Both the position numbers and the translations under genes were made by a program. A stretch of 64,000 nucleotides of DNA. Source: Hydrurus foetidus. Taxonomy: Eukaryota. Positions 21,004 to 30,092 of this stretch are shown here, piece after piece. Below the pieces are notes generated by a model that saw only the letters and a program-made list of their open reading frames with translations, did not search any database and had not been told where the DNA came from. The stretch covers positions 3,658,001 through 3,722,000 of the forward strand of contig UYFQ01000001.1 in assembly GCA_900617105.1 (NCBI GenBank), given 5' to 3'. Each line of letters begins with the position of its first letter. The stretch's first letter is position 1.

Positions 21004-22827
21004 TCATACTTTGGATGCCCACGGCGCAGACAGCCGCGTGGCAGCATTGATGATGCCCACCATGGAGTAGGTTTGCGGAAAGTTTCCCCACATCTCGCCC
21101 GTGGCGGGGTGGGTGTCTTCTGATAACAAGCCCAAGTGGTTGCGCGCTGCCAGCATCGTTTCAAAAATAACCCGGGCTTCGTTTTTGCGGCCGGTTTTAG
21201 CCAGTGCGTCAATGCGCCAGAAGGTACAAATATTGAAGGCTGTTTCAGGCTTGCCAAAGTCGTCAGGTGCCTCATAGCGGCGCATGTGCGGGCCGTCACA
21301 CAGCTGGGTTTCTAGCGCTTGCACGGTGGCTAAAAAGCGCGGGTCGTGCGGGTCAATGAAGCCGACTTCAATCATTAACAACACGCTGGCGTCCAGGCTG
21401 CTGCCACCAAAGCTCTCGGTAAATGCTTGACGCGCTTCGCTCCACGACTCGCGCAAGATGCGGGTCTTCATGGCTTCAGCATGGCCATGCCAATACGCGG
21501 TGCGAGCAGGTTGCTTTAGCGTGTCGGCAATTTTGGCCAGGCGGTCGCACGCGGCCCAGCACATCAGCGCCGATGAGGTGTGTACCCTGGCTCGGGTGCG
21601 CAGCTCCCACATGCCCGCATCTGGCTGGTCGTAGCTGCGCAAGGCTTGCTCGCCCACAGCTTCCAGCTGCGCAAACTCGGCTGCGCCAGAGCGGTGCAGC
21701 AAGCGGTGGTCATGAAAGGCCTGCGACGCACCTAGCACCACATTGCCGTACACATCGTGCTGAAAATGCTCTTGCGCCTGGTTGCCTACGCGCACGGGGC
21801 CCATGTCGCGGTAACCTTTCAGGTGGCTTTGAATCGACTCGGGCAAGTCACGCTCCAGGCCAATGCCGAACAGCGGCTGAATATGCCCGCCCTTGGCCTG
21901 CGCCACCACGTTGCCTAGCCAGCGCAGGTAATCTTCGAGTGTGCCGACCTCTGACAGACTGTTAAGCGCCCGCACCACAAAAAACGCGTCGCGCAGCCAG
22001 CAGTACCGGTAATCCCAGTTGCGCGCGCTGTTGGGCGCTTCGGGAATGCTGGTGGTCATGGCGGCCACGATGGCACCAGTGTCTTCAAACAGTGAAAGCT
22101 TCAGCGTAATTGCTGCGCGAATCACGGCGTCTTGCCATTCCAGCGGCAGAGCCAGGCGCTGGCTCCAGTTGCGCCAGTAGGAAATGGTTTCCTGCTCATA
22201 CAGCCGCGCTGTGTCGGCCACGCCACCGTCAAGAAACTCGTCGGCACCAAGAAAAAAATCATGCTCTCGGGTCAACACAAAGGGCTGGCGTGACAGCAAA
22301 TACGGCAGCGGCGCGTCGGTGGTCAAGCGCAGTGTTTGCAATGGCCCAACAAAGCGCAGGTGGTCGCTGCCCTGCGTGATGGTGGGCTCAGTTCGCCCCC
22401 AGTCAAAGCGTGGGTTCAAACTCACCCGCACGCGCGGCGCGCCGTGAATCGGCTTGAGCCTGCGCACCAGCATCACCGGCCTGAAGTAGCGCGAGCGCTC
22501 TAAAAACCGGGGCGCGAAATCAGTAATTTCTACAGCTTGCCCGCTGTGGTCGTACAGCAAGGTGCGTAGCACGGCGGTGTTCGGCTCATACCACTGCTGT
22601 GCGTGAGAAAAATCTTCTATCTCGATGGCAAACTGGCTGCCCTTGTCGCTGGTGTCTAACAGCGCGTTAAAAACCGGGTCGCCATCAAAGCGCGGCAGGC
22701 AGCACCACACCATGCGGCCGCGCTCGTCGATCAAAGCGCTGAAAGCGCAGTTGCCAATCACGCCCAGCGCCAGCGATGGCGCGGCTTGCGGCGCGAAATT
22801 TCCGAGCGCTGGCTGTGCGTTCGTCAT
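21004..22827 (-). CDS. Glycoside hydrolase family 15 (trehalase/glucoamylase-like)
   Basis: RNWDYRYCWLRD, GMWELR, LLSED, GNFPQTYS; ATG overlaps otsB stop. Confidence 0.9.
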   Translation of the reverse strand: MTNAQPALGNFAPQAAPSLALGVIGNCAFSALIDERGRMVWCCLPRFDGDPVFNALLDTSDKGSQFAIEIEDFSHAQQWYEPNTAVLRTLLYDHSGQAVEITDFAPRFLERSRYFRPVMLVRRLKPIHGAPRVRVSLNPRFDWGRTEPTITQGSDHLRFVGPLQTLRLTTDAPLPYLLSRQPFVLTREHDFFLGADEFLDGGVADTARLYEQETISYWRNWSQRLALPLEWQDAVIRAAITLKLSLFEDTGAIVAAMTTSIPEAPNSARNWDYRYCWLRDAFFVVRALNSLSEVGTLEDYLRWLGNVVAQAKGGHIQPLFGIGLERDLPESIQSHLKGYRDMGPVRVGNQAQEHFQHDVYGNVVLGASQAFHDHRLLHRSGAAEFAQLEAVGEQALRSYDQPDAGMWELRTRARVHTSSALMCWAACDRLAKIADTLKQPARTAYWHGHAEAMKTRILRESWSEARQAFTESFGGSSLDASVLLMIEVGFIDPHDPRFLATVQALETQLCDGPHMRRYEAPDDFGKPETAFNICTFWRIDALAKTGRKNEARVIFETMLAARNHLGLLSEDTHPATGEMWGNFPQTYSMVGIINAATRLSAPWASKV

Positions 22828-23597
22828 GCGCTCACAGTTTGCTCGCTGGGCAAATGGGGTTGCGTTGCAGCGGCGCGCAGCCACGAGGCCAACTCGGTCA
22901 CGCTGGCGCAGTGGTAGCGTGCAGCCGTTGTCCCGGTACCTACCTTGATTGCTTGGCCACCCATGCTCTGGACGGCTGCAAAGCCTGATTCGTCTGTGTT
23001 GTCGTCGCCTGCGAAAATACATTGGCGGCCTGCAAAGGGTGCTTCTTGCATGAACTCCCGAATTGCGCCGCCTTTGCTGGCAGCTAGCGGTTTTAGCTCC
23101 ACCACACACTTGCCGCGCAGCAACTCCAGGCCGCTGATGTGCTGCACAGCAGCTTGCATCGCCGCAATACAGACGCTTTCAAGCTCGGGCGCCTGGCGGT
23201 AATGCAGGCTGATACCGCTGGTTTTGCGCTCCAGCAGCAAAGCCGGGTGCTGCAGCACCAACGCTTGCGCTGCGTGCACGGCAGTACCCAAATCAACGCG
23301 TGCGACCGGGCTCAAGTGCCCATTCGCGCTGCGCCGTTGGCTGCCGTGTTCGCCAGCAGCGGGCAGGCGCAACGGGTAAACAAAGGGGTCGAGGTTGCTT
23401 AGAGTGCGGCGCGAAACCAAAGCCAGTGCGCCGCCCAGCTTCAGCTGAAGACTGGACAGCGAAACGATGACATCGGCAGGTATCTCGACAAGGTTCGGCG
23501 TGGCTGCAATCTCAACCAGCGTGCCGTCAAAGTCCAGAAAAAGCGCGGTTTGTGCTGTGATGGTGGGAAGTGTGTCGACTGGAAAATTCAGCATCAT
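22824..23597 (-). CDS. otsB: Trehalose-6-phosphate phosphatase
   Basis: FLDFDGTL, GKCVVELKP, GDDNTDE. Confidence 0.9.
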   Translation of the reverse strand: MMLNFPVDTLPTITAQTALFLDFDGTLVEIAATPNLVEIPADVIVSLSSLQLKLGGALALVSRRTLSNLDPFVYPLRLPAAGEHGSQRRSANGHLSPVARVDLGTAVHAAQALVLQHPALLLERKTSGISLHYRQAPELESVCIAAMQAAVQHISGLELLRGKCVVELKPLAASKGGAIREFMQEAPFAGRQCIFAGDDNTDESGFAAVQSMGGQAIKVGTGTTAARYHCASVTELASWLRAAATQPHLPSEQTVSA

Positions 23598-23765
23598 CTA
23601 AGGTTACCGCCAGAAACGCTCAAAGTGTGTAGGCCGCAATCGTTGCGCTCTGACGTGGCTGGAAACAGCTGCAACGATTTGCAAGCTGCACCCACTGAGA
23701 TCGCTGAGACCCATGCAAATGGTGTGTCCCTTCAAGTTGAGTTAAAAACACTTCATACTTGCCCC

Positions 23766-24761
23766 ATGACTGAAGACTCACCACTCAATACCGCTTTATG
23801 GTGGAGCGCGGTGCCAGTGGCCTGCGTGGACATAGGCGGTACCAAGGTGGCTGTCAGTGTGGTGGATGCACGCGGTGCCCACGCCCAGCTGTCAGAGCCA
23901 ACCTGCAAAACGGGCCCGCCCGATGCTCTGGCCCGGCAAGTAATTCGGCTGGTGCGCCAAAGCTGCGCGCTAGCCGGGCTGGCCGTGGAGGGTCTGGCGG
24001 CAGTGGGCGTGTCGTCTTGCGGGCCGTTTGTGGTGCACGACGGGCTACCCAACGACTGGACTACCGCGCCGATGGAAAGGCCATTGCGGGCGGCTTTTAA
24101 AAACGTTCGCATCGAAAACGACGCGATTGCCGCTTTGGAGGCCGAGCGGCGTTGGGGCGCGCTGCGCATTGGCGGGCAGCCCCTGGCCCACTGCGCCTAC
24201 GTGACGTGGAGCACGGGCGTGGGTGTTGGGCTGTGTGTTGGCGGGCATGTGTTGCGCGGCAAAAACGGCAACGCGGGCCACGCCGGGCACCAGTTTGTCA
24301 GCGACAACTTCGATGCGCTGTGCGGGTGCGGCAACGTCGGCGACGTGGAAGCGCTGGTGGGTGGGTTGGCAATTGGCCAGCGCTTTGTGGGTGAGGGCTT
24401 CCCCAACGCCGCAGCGCTTTTAAATGCCGCCAAAACCGGCAGTGCCTCAGCTACTGAAATCACCGATGCGCTGTGCCGCGTGATGGGCCGAATGCTTTAC
24501 AACCTGGTCGCGACGCTGGACTTGCAGCGCATCAGCCTGGGCGGCAGTGTGTTCTGGAACCACCGGGAATTTTTGCTGCCGAAGTTGTCTGCGCAGCTTG
24601 ACGGAAAACTGCCAGCGCTGACTGGCGGGTGCGAGCTTGTCAGTGCCGGGCTGGGTCAGCGCGTCGGAGATTTTGCAGCGCTTGCGCTGGCATTGGCGCA
24701 AGTTGATCAGGCCGCGCCTGCGGCCTCAAGCCTGGTCACGGCGCCTGCACGGGCAGAGTGA
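23766..24761 (+). CDS. ROK family sugar kinase
   Basis: DIGGTK, ENDA, STGVGVG, GHAGH...CGCG..G. Confidence 0.85.
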   Translation: MTEDSPLNTALWWSAVPVACVDIGGTKVAVSVVDARGAHAQLSEPTCKTGPPDALARQVIRLVRQSCALAGLAVEGLAAVGVSSCGPFVVHDGLPNDWTTAPMERPLRAAFKNVRIENDAIAALEAERRWGALRIGGQPLAHCAYVTWSTGVGVGLCVGGHVLRGKNGNAGHAGHQFVSDNFDALCGCGNVGDVEALVGGLAIGQRFVGEGFPNAAALLNAAKTGSASATEITDALCRVMGRMLYNLVATLDLQRISLGGSVFWNHREFLLPKLSAQLDGKLPALTGGCELVSAGLGQRVGDFAALALALAQVDQAAPAASSLVTAPARAE

Positions 24762-25900
24762 ATGGCTTGAGCAATCAGCTCACCATTTTTCTGACCTGTG
24801 GCGCCCGCGTTAATTGCTTCTTTCGCTATATTTTCGGTAGCAACTTCTTGCGCTGCAACAAGCGCGCGCTCTAGCCTGGTGCTTTGCCCGGCAGCGTCTA
24901 AAAGATCACAAGCCAGCAACACTTGGCCAAAGCGTTGTGGCCGCCTGAACGCATCGCAACGTTCAAGCAACTGCACCAGGCCGTCCGCATCAAGCGCCGT
25001 ACTGCCAGCCACATGCGCATGCTCGCGTGCCACCAAACCGGCCAGCTCGCGGCACTCGACCGGGACGCGCAACCGCTCACACAATGCGCTAATTATTGAA
25101 CTTATTAAATTGGGGTCAGACTCCAATTGTTTTACGCTGCTGCTCACCATGCAGGCAAAGCGCACGGGCAGTGGCGCACAAGCACCTGCTGCGCGGTCAA
25201 TCACCGCATCAGCGCCTGCATTCCACGCGAGCTCAGGCAGCAACTTTTGCAGCGCGCCACATGTCTCTAAAACGTGCATCATGCGCGATGGCTTGGCTTC
25301 CATCAGGCCGCGCGACAGCTCTTGCCACACGCGCTCAGCCACCAGCGCGTCTGCCTCGCCAGCGGTCACCATGTTGGTCATCAGTTGCATGGTCTCTGGT
25401 GCCACGCTGAAGTCTGCAAAGCGCGCCGCAAACCGCGCTACCCGCAAAATGCGCACCGGGTCTTCAGCAAATGCCTCAGTCACATGCCGGAGCACCTTTG
25501 CAGCAATGTCGCGCTGGCCACCATGCGGGTCAATCAAATGCGCTGGATTCAGGTCAACTTGCACGCCAAATCGCTCTGTAGCCCAATCAATCAGTGCGCA
25601 AGCAGCTATTGAATTTATAGTTAAATCGCGCCGGGCCAGGTCTTGATCTAACGTCACATCGGGGGCGGCATGCACGCTAAAGCCGTGGTAGCCGCGTGCG
25701 GTTTTGCGCTCGGTGCGGGCCAGCGCATACTCTTCTTTGGTGGTCGGGTGTAAAAAAACCGGAAAGTCTTTGCCGACTGGCAAAAACCCGCGCGCGGCCA
25801 GCTCTTCAGGCGTGCTGCCGACCACCACCCAGTCGCGGTCTTGCACAGGCAAGCCCAGCAAGGCATCGCGCACCGCACCCCCGACCATGAAAATTTCCAT
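24707..25900 (-). CDS. cca: CCA tRNA nucleotidyltransferase (HD domain degenerate)
   Basis: [34 protein letters not shown]. Confidence 0.93.
   Translation of the reverse strand: MEIFMVGGAVRDALLGLPVQDRDWVVVGSTPEELAARGFLPVGKDFPVFLHPTTKEEYALARTERKTARGYHGFSVHAAPDVTLDQDLARRDLTINSIAACALIDWATERFGVQVDLNPAHLIDPHGGQRDIAAKVLRHVTEAFAEDPVRILRVARFAARFADFSVAPETMQLMTNMVTAGEADALVAERVWQELSRGLMEAKPSRMMHVLETCGALQKLLPELAWNAGADAVIDRAAGACAPLPVRFACMVSSSVKQLESDPNLISSIISALCERLRVPVECRELAGLVAREHAHVAGSTALDADGLVQLLERCDAFRRPQRFGQVLLACDLLDAAGQSTRLERALVAAQEVATENIAKEAINAGATGQKNGELIAQAIHSARAGAVTRLEAAGAA
24794..24841 (-). repeat. Degenerate 48-bp dyad element copy in cca C-terminus
   Basis: GCTA-ccgaaaata-TAGC...ccacagg = [16 protein letters not shown], same frame and register as other copies. 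Confidence 0.55.
25108..25128. repeat. Short palindrome AATTGGGGTCAGACTCCAATT inside cca
   Basis: 10-bp arms with one G-T mismatch; partial copy TCAGACTCCAATT at ~50215-50227. Confidence 0.65.
25574..25621 (-). repeat. 48-bp dyad element copy overlapping the cca RRDLTIN motif
   Basis: ACTA-taaattcaa-TAGC-tgcttgc-GCAC-tgattgatt-GGGC-tacagag = [16 protein letters not shown]. Confidence 0.85.
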
Positions 25901-25938
25901 GGGGGCAGTTTAGCGGGCGCAACTCATGGCGACACAGT

Positions 25939-26631
25939 TCAAAGTCGAGAGGCGCTCAACCTATACGGCTCTTCAAAAGGTCTGAAATCGTTTTCCTTTA
26001 AGGCCGCGTCCATCCACAGCTTGACACCCGGCAACTCAATCAGGCGCTTAACGTAAGCGGTGATAGCGGGCGGCACGGGCAGCGAGTAGGTTTGTAGCCG
26101 CATGCCGATGGGCGCAAAGTAAGCGTCAATGGCGCTGAACTCGCCCATCAATAGCGGGCCTTTGTGCTCGGCCAGCAGCTCACTCCACATGGCAACAATG
26201 CGGGTAACGTCTGCCTGCACAGCCGGTTTGTCGCGCCAAACGATTCTGCCTACTTCAGCGAGGTCAGCCTCTATGTTCATCGGGCAGGCCGAGCGAAACG
26301 CGCCAAATCCGCTGTGCATTTCAGCGCACAAGCTGCGCGCCCGTGCCCGGGCTTTTGTGTCTTGCGGCCAGATGTTTTTGGCTGGGAATTTATCGGCCAG
26401 GTACTCAGTGATGGCCAGCGTGTCCCACACCGCAAAGCCGTCATCGACTAGCAGAGGCACCTTGCCCGTGGGCGACAGCGCCTGCATGGTTTGATGAAAT
26501 GTCGAGCCAGCGTCGAACGAGTCAAACCGAACACTGACTTCTTTAAATTCAATCCCAAACTGGGTGAGCAGCACCCATGGGCGCATTGACCAGGACGAGT
26601 AGTTTTTGTTGCCGATATAAAGCGTGAGCAT
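25939..26631 (-). CDS. Glutathione S-transferase family protein
   Basis: NKNYSSWSMRPW, SPTGKVP, DTLAI.EYL. Confidence 0.92.
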   Translation of the reverse strand: MLTLYIGNKNYSSWSMRPWVLLTQFGIEFKEVSVRFDSFDAGSTFHQTMQALSPTGKVPLLVDDGFAVWDTLAITEYLADKFPAKNIWPQDTKARARARSLCAEMHSGFGAFRSACPMNIEADLAEVGRIVWRDKPAVQADVTRIVAMWSELLAEHKGPLLMGEFSAIDAYFAPIGMRLQTYSLPVPPAITAYVKRLIELPGVKLWMDAALKENDFRPFEEPYRLSASRL

Positions 26632-26830
26632 GGTGCCTCTTTCATGTTGGGAAATTGCAATTGCGATGGTAGCCTGAGCCCGTTTTTGAATTGATGCTGA
26701 AAGTGAAGACTATTCATGCGCGCCGCGTGCATGCCTGCCACCCTGCAACTCAGCGGTTTGGGAAAACCCGCCTTGCTGCCTGCAGCGGTCATGTGAATAA
26801 TTGCAGTAAAACTTTCTTACCGGAGACCCC

Positions 26831-27928
26831 ATGCATTTATTGACCCCCATCGCCGCAATAGCTACCGCCTTGTGTTGCCTGAGCGCAGCCGCCCAGACCA
26901 TTGCTGCGCAGCCCGGGCAAACTGGCGCAGGCCGCGTCACGCTGGCCGTGCATGGCGGATCGGGCACGATCACACGCGGCACCATCACGCCTGAAATTGA
27001 AGCCAATTACCGCGCTGCGCTTGACCGCGCGCTCAAAGCCGGCCATGCAGTGCTGGCCAGCGGCGGCAGCAGCGTGGACGCCGTGGTGGCCACCATCAAG
27101 GTATTTGAAGACGACCCGCTGTTTAACGCCGGTAAGGGCGCGGTGTTCACCAACGAAGGCAAGAACGAACTTGACGCTTCCATCATGGACGGCAAAACCG
27201 GGCTGGCAGGCGCAGTAGCTGGGGTAACCACGGTGAAAAATCCGATCACTGCCGCACGCGCAGTGATGGACAAAACCCGCCATGTGCTGATGGCCAGCAG
27301 CGGCGCTGACAAATTTGCAGCTGTGCAAAAGCTCGACATCGTTGCACCGGATTACTTTTACACCCCGCACCGCTGGGACCAATTGCAAAAAGCCAAAGAG
27401 CGCGACCAGATTCAGCTTGACCACGACGGCAAAGCCAAAACGTCGGCATTGCCTGGTGCGCCTCTGGTTGCTGCGCTGCCAAGCCCGTTTGAGCCCTGGA
27501 TGATTGACAACAAATTCGGAACTGTGGGGGCAGTGGCGCTTGATGCAAAAGGCAATCTGGCGGCCGGCACATCTACTGGCGGGCTTACCAACAAACTGTA
27601 TGGCCGCGTCGGCGACTCGCCGATTATTGGCGCCGGCACATATGCCGACAACGCTACCGTTGCCGTCTCTGGCACTGGCACCGGCGAGTTTTTTATGCGC
27701 GGCGTGGTGGCGTACGACATTTCAGCCCGCATGAAGTACGCTAAAGCCAACTTGTCAGACGCGGTAGACCAAACCATCAAAACCGCACTCGACGACAAAC
27801 AAGGGCGCGGCGGCGTGATTGCACTGGACAAAGACGGCAACATCAAGTTCGGCTTTAACACCGAGGGCATGTACCGCGGCTACGTCAAGGCCGATGGCAA
27901 GCCGGTGATTCAGATCTACCGCGATTGA
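26831..27928 (+). CDS. iaaA: Isoaspartyl peptidase/L-asparaginase (Ntn hydrolase) with signal peptide
   Basis: VHGGSG, FNAGKG, GTVGAVA, GRVGDSP, GTGTGE. Confidence 0.88.
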   Translation: MHLLTPIAAIATALCCLSAAAQTIAAQPGQTGAGRVTLAVHGGSGTITRGTITPEIEANYRAALDRALKAGHAVLASGGSSVDAVVATIKVFEDDPLFNAGKGAVFTNEGKNELDASIMDGKTGLAGAVAGVTTVKNPITAARAVMDKTRHVLMASSGADKFAAVQKLDIVAPDYFYTPHRWDQLQKAKERDQIQLDHDGKAKTSALPGAPLVAALPSPFEPWMIDNKFGTVGAVALDAKGNLAAGTSTGGLTNKLYGRVGDSPIIGAGTYADNATVAVSGTGTGEFFMRGVVAYDISARMKYAKANLSDAVDQTIKTALDDKQGRGGVIALDKDGNIKFGFNTEGMYRGYVKADGKPVIQIYRD

Positions 27929-27944
27929 AACTGCTGGTGGCGGT

Positions 27945-28892
27945 TTAAAACCGACCAGCCGTTTTGCGCTTGGCCATCAAGCCGCTTCGCAGGCCCTGGT
28001 TGCCCAGGTAAAACGGCACTATGGCGCTGAGTGATGCTGGTGTGATGCCGAGTGCCTGCAAGCCTTGTAATTTGCCGCTGGCCACGTTGTCAACCTTCAT
28101 GGCGTCGAGATTGTCGCGGCTCATGATGGGCAGGCCCGGGGCAAGTTCCATCAAAGCGGCTTGAATGCGTGCCACGCCGTCGGGCAGGCCAATCACGGGT
28201 TTATTGTTGCCGCTGTACAGGCCCGCCATTTGCACCAACTGCTTGAGCGTGAAAACGTCTGGGCCGCAGGCTTCATACGTTTGGCCCGTCGTGCTGTTGG
28301 GGTCTTCCAGGCATTCGACCAGCGCGATGGCCACATCTTCGACCCACACCGGCTGAAACTTGGCCGTGCTGCCTGCTAGCGGAATAAACGGCAGCATTTT
28401 TTGCAGCGACGCAAAGGTGTTTAAAAATTTATCTTCAGCGCCAAAAATAACGCTGGGGCGCAGTACGCTGACGTCCAGGCCAGAGGCAGCCAGCACCGCC
28501 TCACCACGGGCTTTGCTGCGTTGGTACATCGACGGTGCGTTGGCGTCGGCCCCCAGCGAAGAGACATGAACCACGCGTTTTTGCCCCGCTGCCGCGCAGG
28601 CACTAACCAAAGTTTGCAACAACTGCACATGCGCTTTGTCAAAAGCGGTTTCGCTGCCGTGCAAGATGGCAATCAAATTAACCACTGCATCATGTTCGGC
28701 CAGCAGCGGTGTGAGCGTTGCCGCGTCATAGGCCGAGCCTTCAAGTACATCAACCATCGGCAACATTTGCAAATGCGCAGCGTTCACGCGGCGGCGCGTC
28801 AGCACAGTAGCGCGGTAATCGCCTTCGGCTAACTTCTCGCACAAGTGGCGGCCCACAAAACCAGTGCCGCCGAGGATGAGTATTTTTTTCAT
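27945..28892 (-). CDS. NAD-dependent epimerase, NDUFA9-like
   Basis: GGTGFVG, YQRSK, RPSVIFG, QPVWVEDVA. Confidence 0.88.
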   Translation of the reverse strand: MKKILILGGTGFVGRHLCEKLAEGDYRATVLTRRRVNAAHLQMLPMVDVLEGSAYDAATLTPLLAEHDAVVNLIAILHGSETAFDKAHVQLLQTLVSACAAAGQKRVVHVSSLGADANAPSMYQRSKARGEAVLAASGLDVSVLRPSVIFGAEDKFLNTFASLQKMLPFIPLAGSTAKFQPVWVEDVAIALVECLEDPNSTTGQTYEACGPDVFTLKQLVQMAGLYSGNNKPVIGLPDGVARIQAALMELAPGLPIMSRDNLDAMKVDNVASGKLQGLQALGITPASLSAIVPFYLGNQGLRSGLMAKRKTAGRF

Positions 28893-28965
28893 GAATTTGT
28901 TTTACAAGGTTAAATCGTTTTTGCCTGAAAAGGCTTGTTTTAAGCCTCTTTTAGGAATGTTTTAG

Positions 28966-29013
28966 TGCTGTAGCCAAATAAATACGGGCGCTAGCAGCTC
29001 CTGAATAAGTAGC
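28966..29013 (-). repeat. 48-bp dyad element copy downstream of hicB
   Basis: GCTA-cttattcag-GAGC-tgctagc-GCCC-gtatttatt-TGGC-tacagca. Confidence 0.85.
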
Positions 29014-29020
29014 AGATAAT

Positions 29021-29350
29021 TTATGCAAAACTATCTTGCAAAGCCTCTTGCGCCAGGGTGTTGATGCTTTTTCCTTTGGCTTGCGCTGCAATAGCGAGTT
29101 TTTCGTGCAGCTGCGGGGAAATTCGCAAGTTGAACTTGCCAGAAAAATGGCGCCTTGGCTCAATACCTTTTTCTGCACACACTTGTAGAAAAACCTGTAG
29201 CGAGCGTTTGAATTCTGCGCGCAACTCTTTTGGATTTTTGCCATAAAAGTCCGCACCGCCGTTCAGGCCCAGAATCTCGCCCCTGAACATGTCCAAGTCG
29301 GCGTCAAACTCAATCGTTGCGTGAAAGTCGTCAATTGTCATGGTGTTCAT
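29021..29350 (-). CDS. hicB: HicB antitoxin
   Basis: FSGKFNLRISPQLH RHH motif; coupled to hicA by ATGA overlap. Confidence 0.9.
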   Translation of the reverse strand: MNTMTIDDFHATIEFDADLDMFRGEILGLNGGADFYGKNPKELRAEFKRSLQVFLQVCAEKGIEPRRHFSGKFNLRISPQLHEKLAIAAQAKGKSINTLAQEALQDSFA

Positions 29351-29601
29351 GGTTTTACTCCGTGTTGTTCGAGCCACTTACGAATGGCTGCTACCGCGCC
29401 TTTGTCAGTATTGGGCGAAGGGTGCGGCCGGTGAAAGACCCGCACCTCATTAAACAAGAATACAGAAACGCGGCTACCCGCTCGTTCCTCAATTTCTGCG
29501 CCCAGCTCAATGAACAAACCTTCAACATCGCGCCATTGAACATTCCCGCTTGTTGGCCGCGAAAAAATTAATTCAACAATTCGCTGATAGCGTCGCTTCA
29601 T
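29347..29601 (-). CDS. hicA: HicA toxin
   Basis: GSRV...FHRPHP motif. Confidence 0.9.
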   Translation of the reverse strand: MKRRYQRIVELIFSRPTSGNVQWRDVEGLFIELGAEIEERAGSRVSVFLFNEVRVFHRPHPSPNTDKGAVAAIRKWLEQHGVKP

Positions 29602-29609
29602 TTGCAATG

Positions 29610-29626
29610 GTACCACTTTCAGGTAC
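29610..29626. promoter_or_regulatory. Putative HicB operator
   Basis: GTACC-N7-GGTAC inverted repeat just upstream of the hicA ATG. Confidence 0.45.
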
Positions 29627-29658
29627 TGAGTAAGCCGAGCCCATTTGTTAAGACGTTC

Positions 29659-29943
29659 TCAGTCTCCATCTACAGCTTCCGCTGGGCTTTTATGCGCGCG
29701 ACCGGACAGAGCGAAGTCGTCGCCAGGGTCTGGGCCTTTTCGATACTGGCGGGAAGGCTCTTCGACTTGCCTGTGCACTGCCAGAGTGACCACGGCGCCG
29801 AATACCGGAACGAGCCACACCAATGCCATTTGCCAGCGCTTTTGGGGCGGCGTAGACAAGGTGTCCTTGGCGATAAGCAGCGTGGCCTTGACGTTCAAGC
29901 CAATCAACACACATGCAGCAAACGCGGCGAAAAGAAATTCCAT
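29659..29943 (-). CDS. Small two-TM hypothetical protein
   Basis: Two hydrophobic helices, WLVPVFG motif. Confidence 0.55.
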   Translation of the reverse strand: MEFLFAAFAACVLIGLNVKATLLIAKDTLSTPPQKRWQMALVWLVPVFGAVVTLAVHRQVEEPSRQYRKGPDPGDDFALSGRAHKSPAEAVDGD

Positions 29944-30035
29944 CGTGCGCTACTTTCAAGGCAAGCTGAGCAATGCAACTGATGTAAAAAGTAGAGGTTT
30001 TAGACTGAAAAAACTCAATTTGAAGCGAGATTTAA

Positions 30036-30083
30036 GTCTTTAAACCAATAAATACGGGCGCAAGCAGCTACTAAATAAATAGC
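30036..30083 (-). repeat. 48-bp dyad element copy downstream of slt
   Basis: GCTA-tttatttag-TAGC-tgcttgc-GCCC-gtatttatt-GGTT-taaagac. Confidence 0.85.
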
Positions 30084-30092
30084 AAATATATA

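Noticed and set aside
26860..26900. Degenerate element copy in the iaaA signal peptide
   Set aside because: Only ATAGCT matches; too weak to call.
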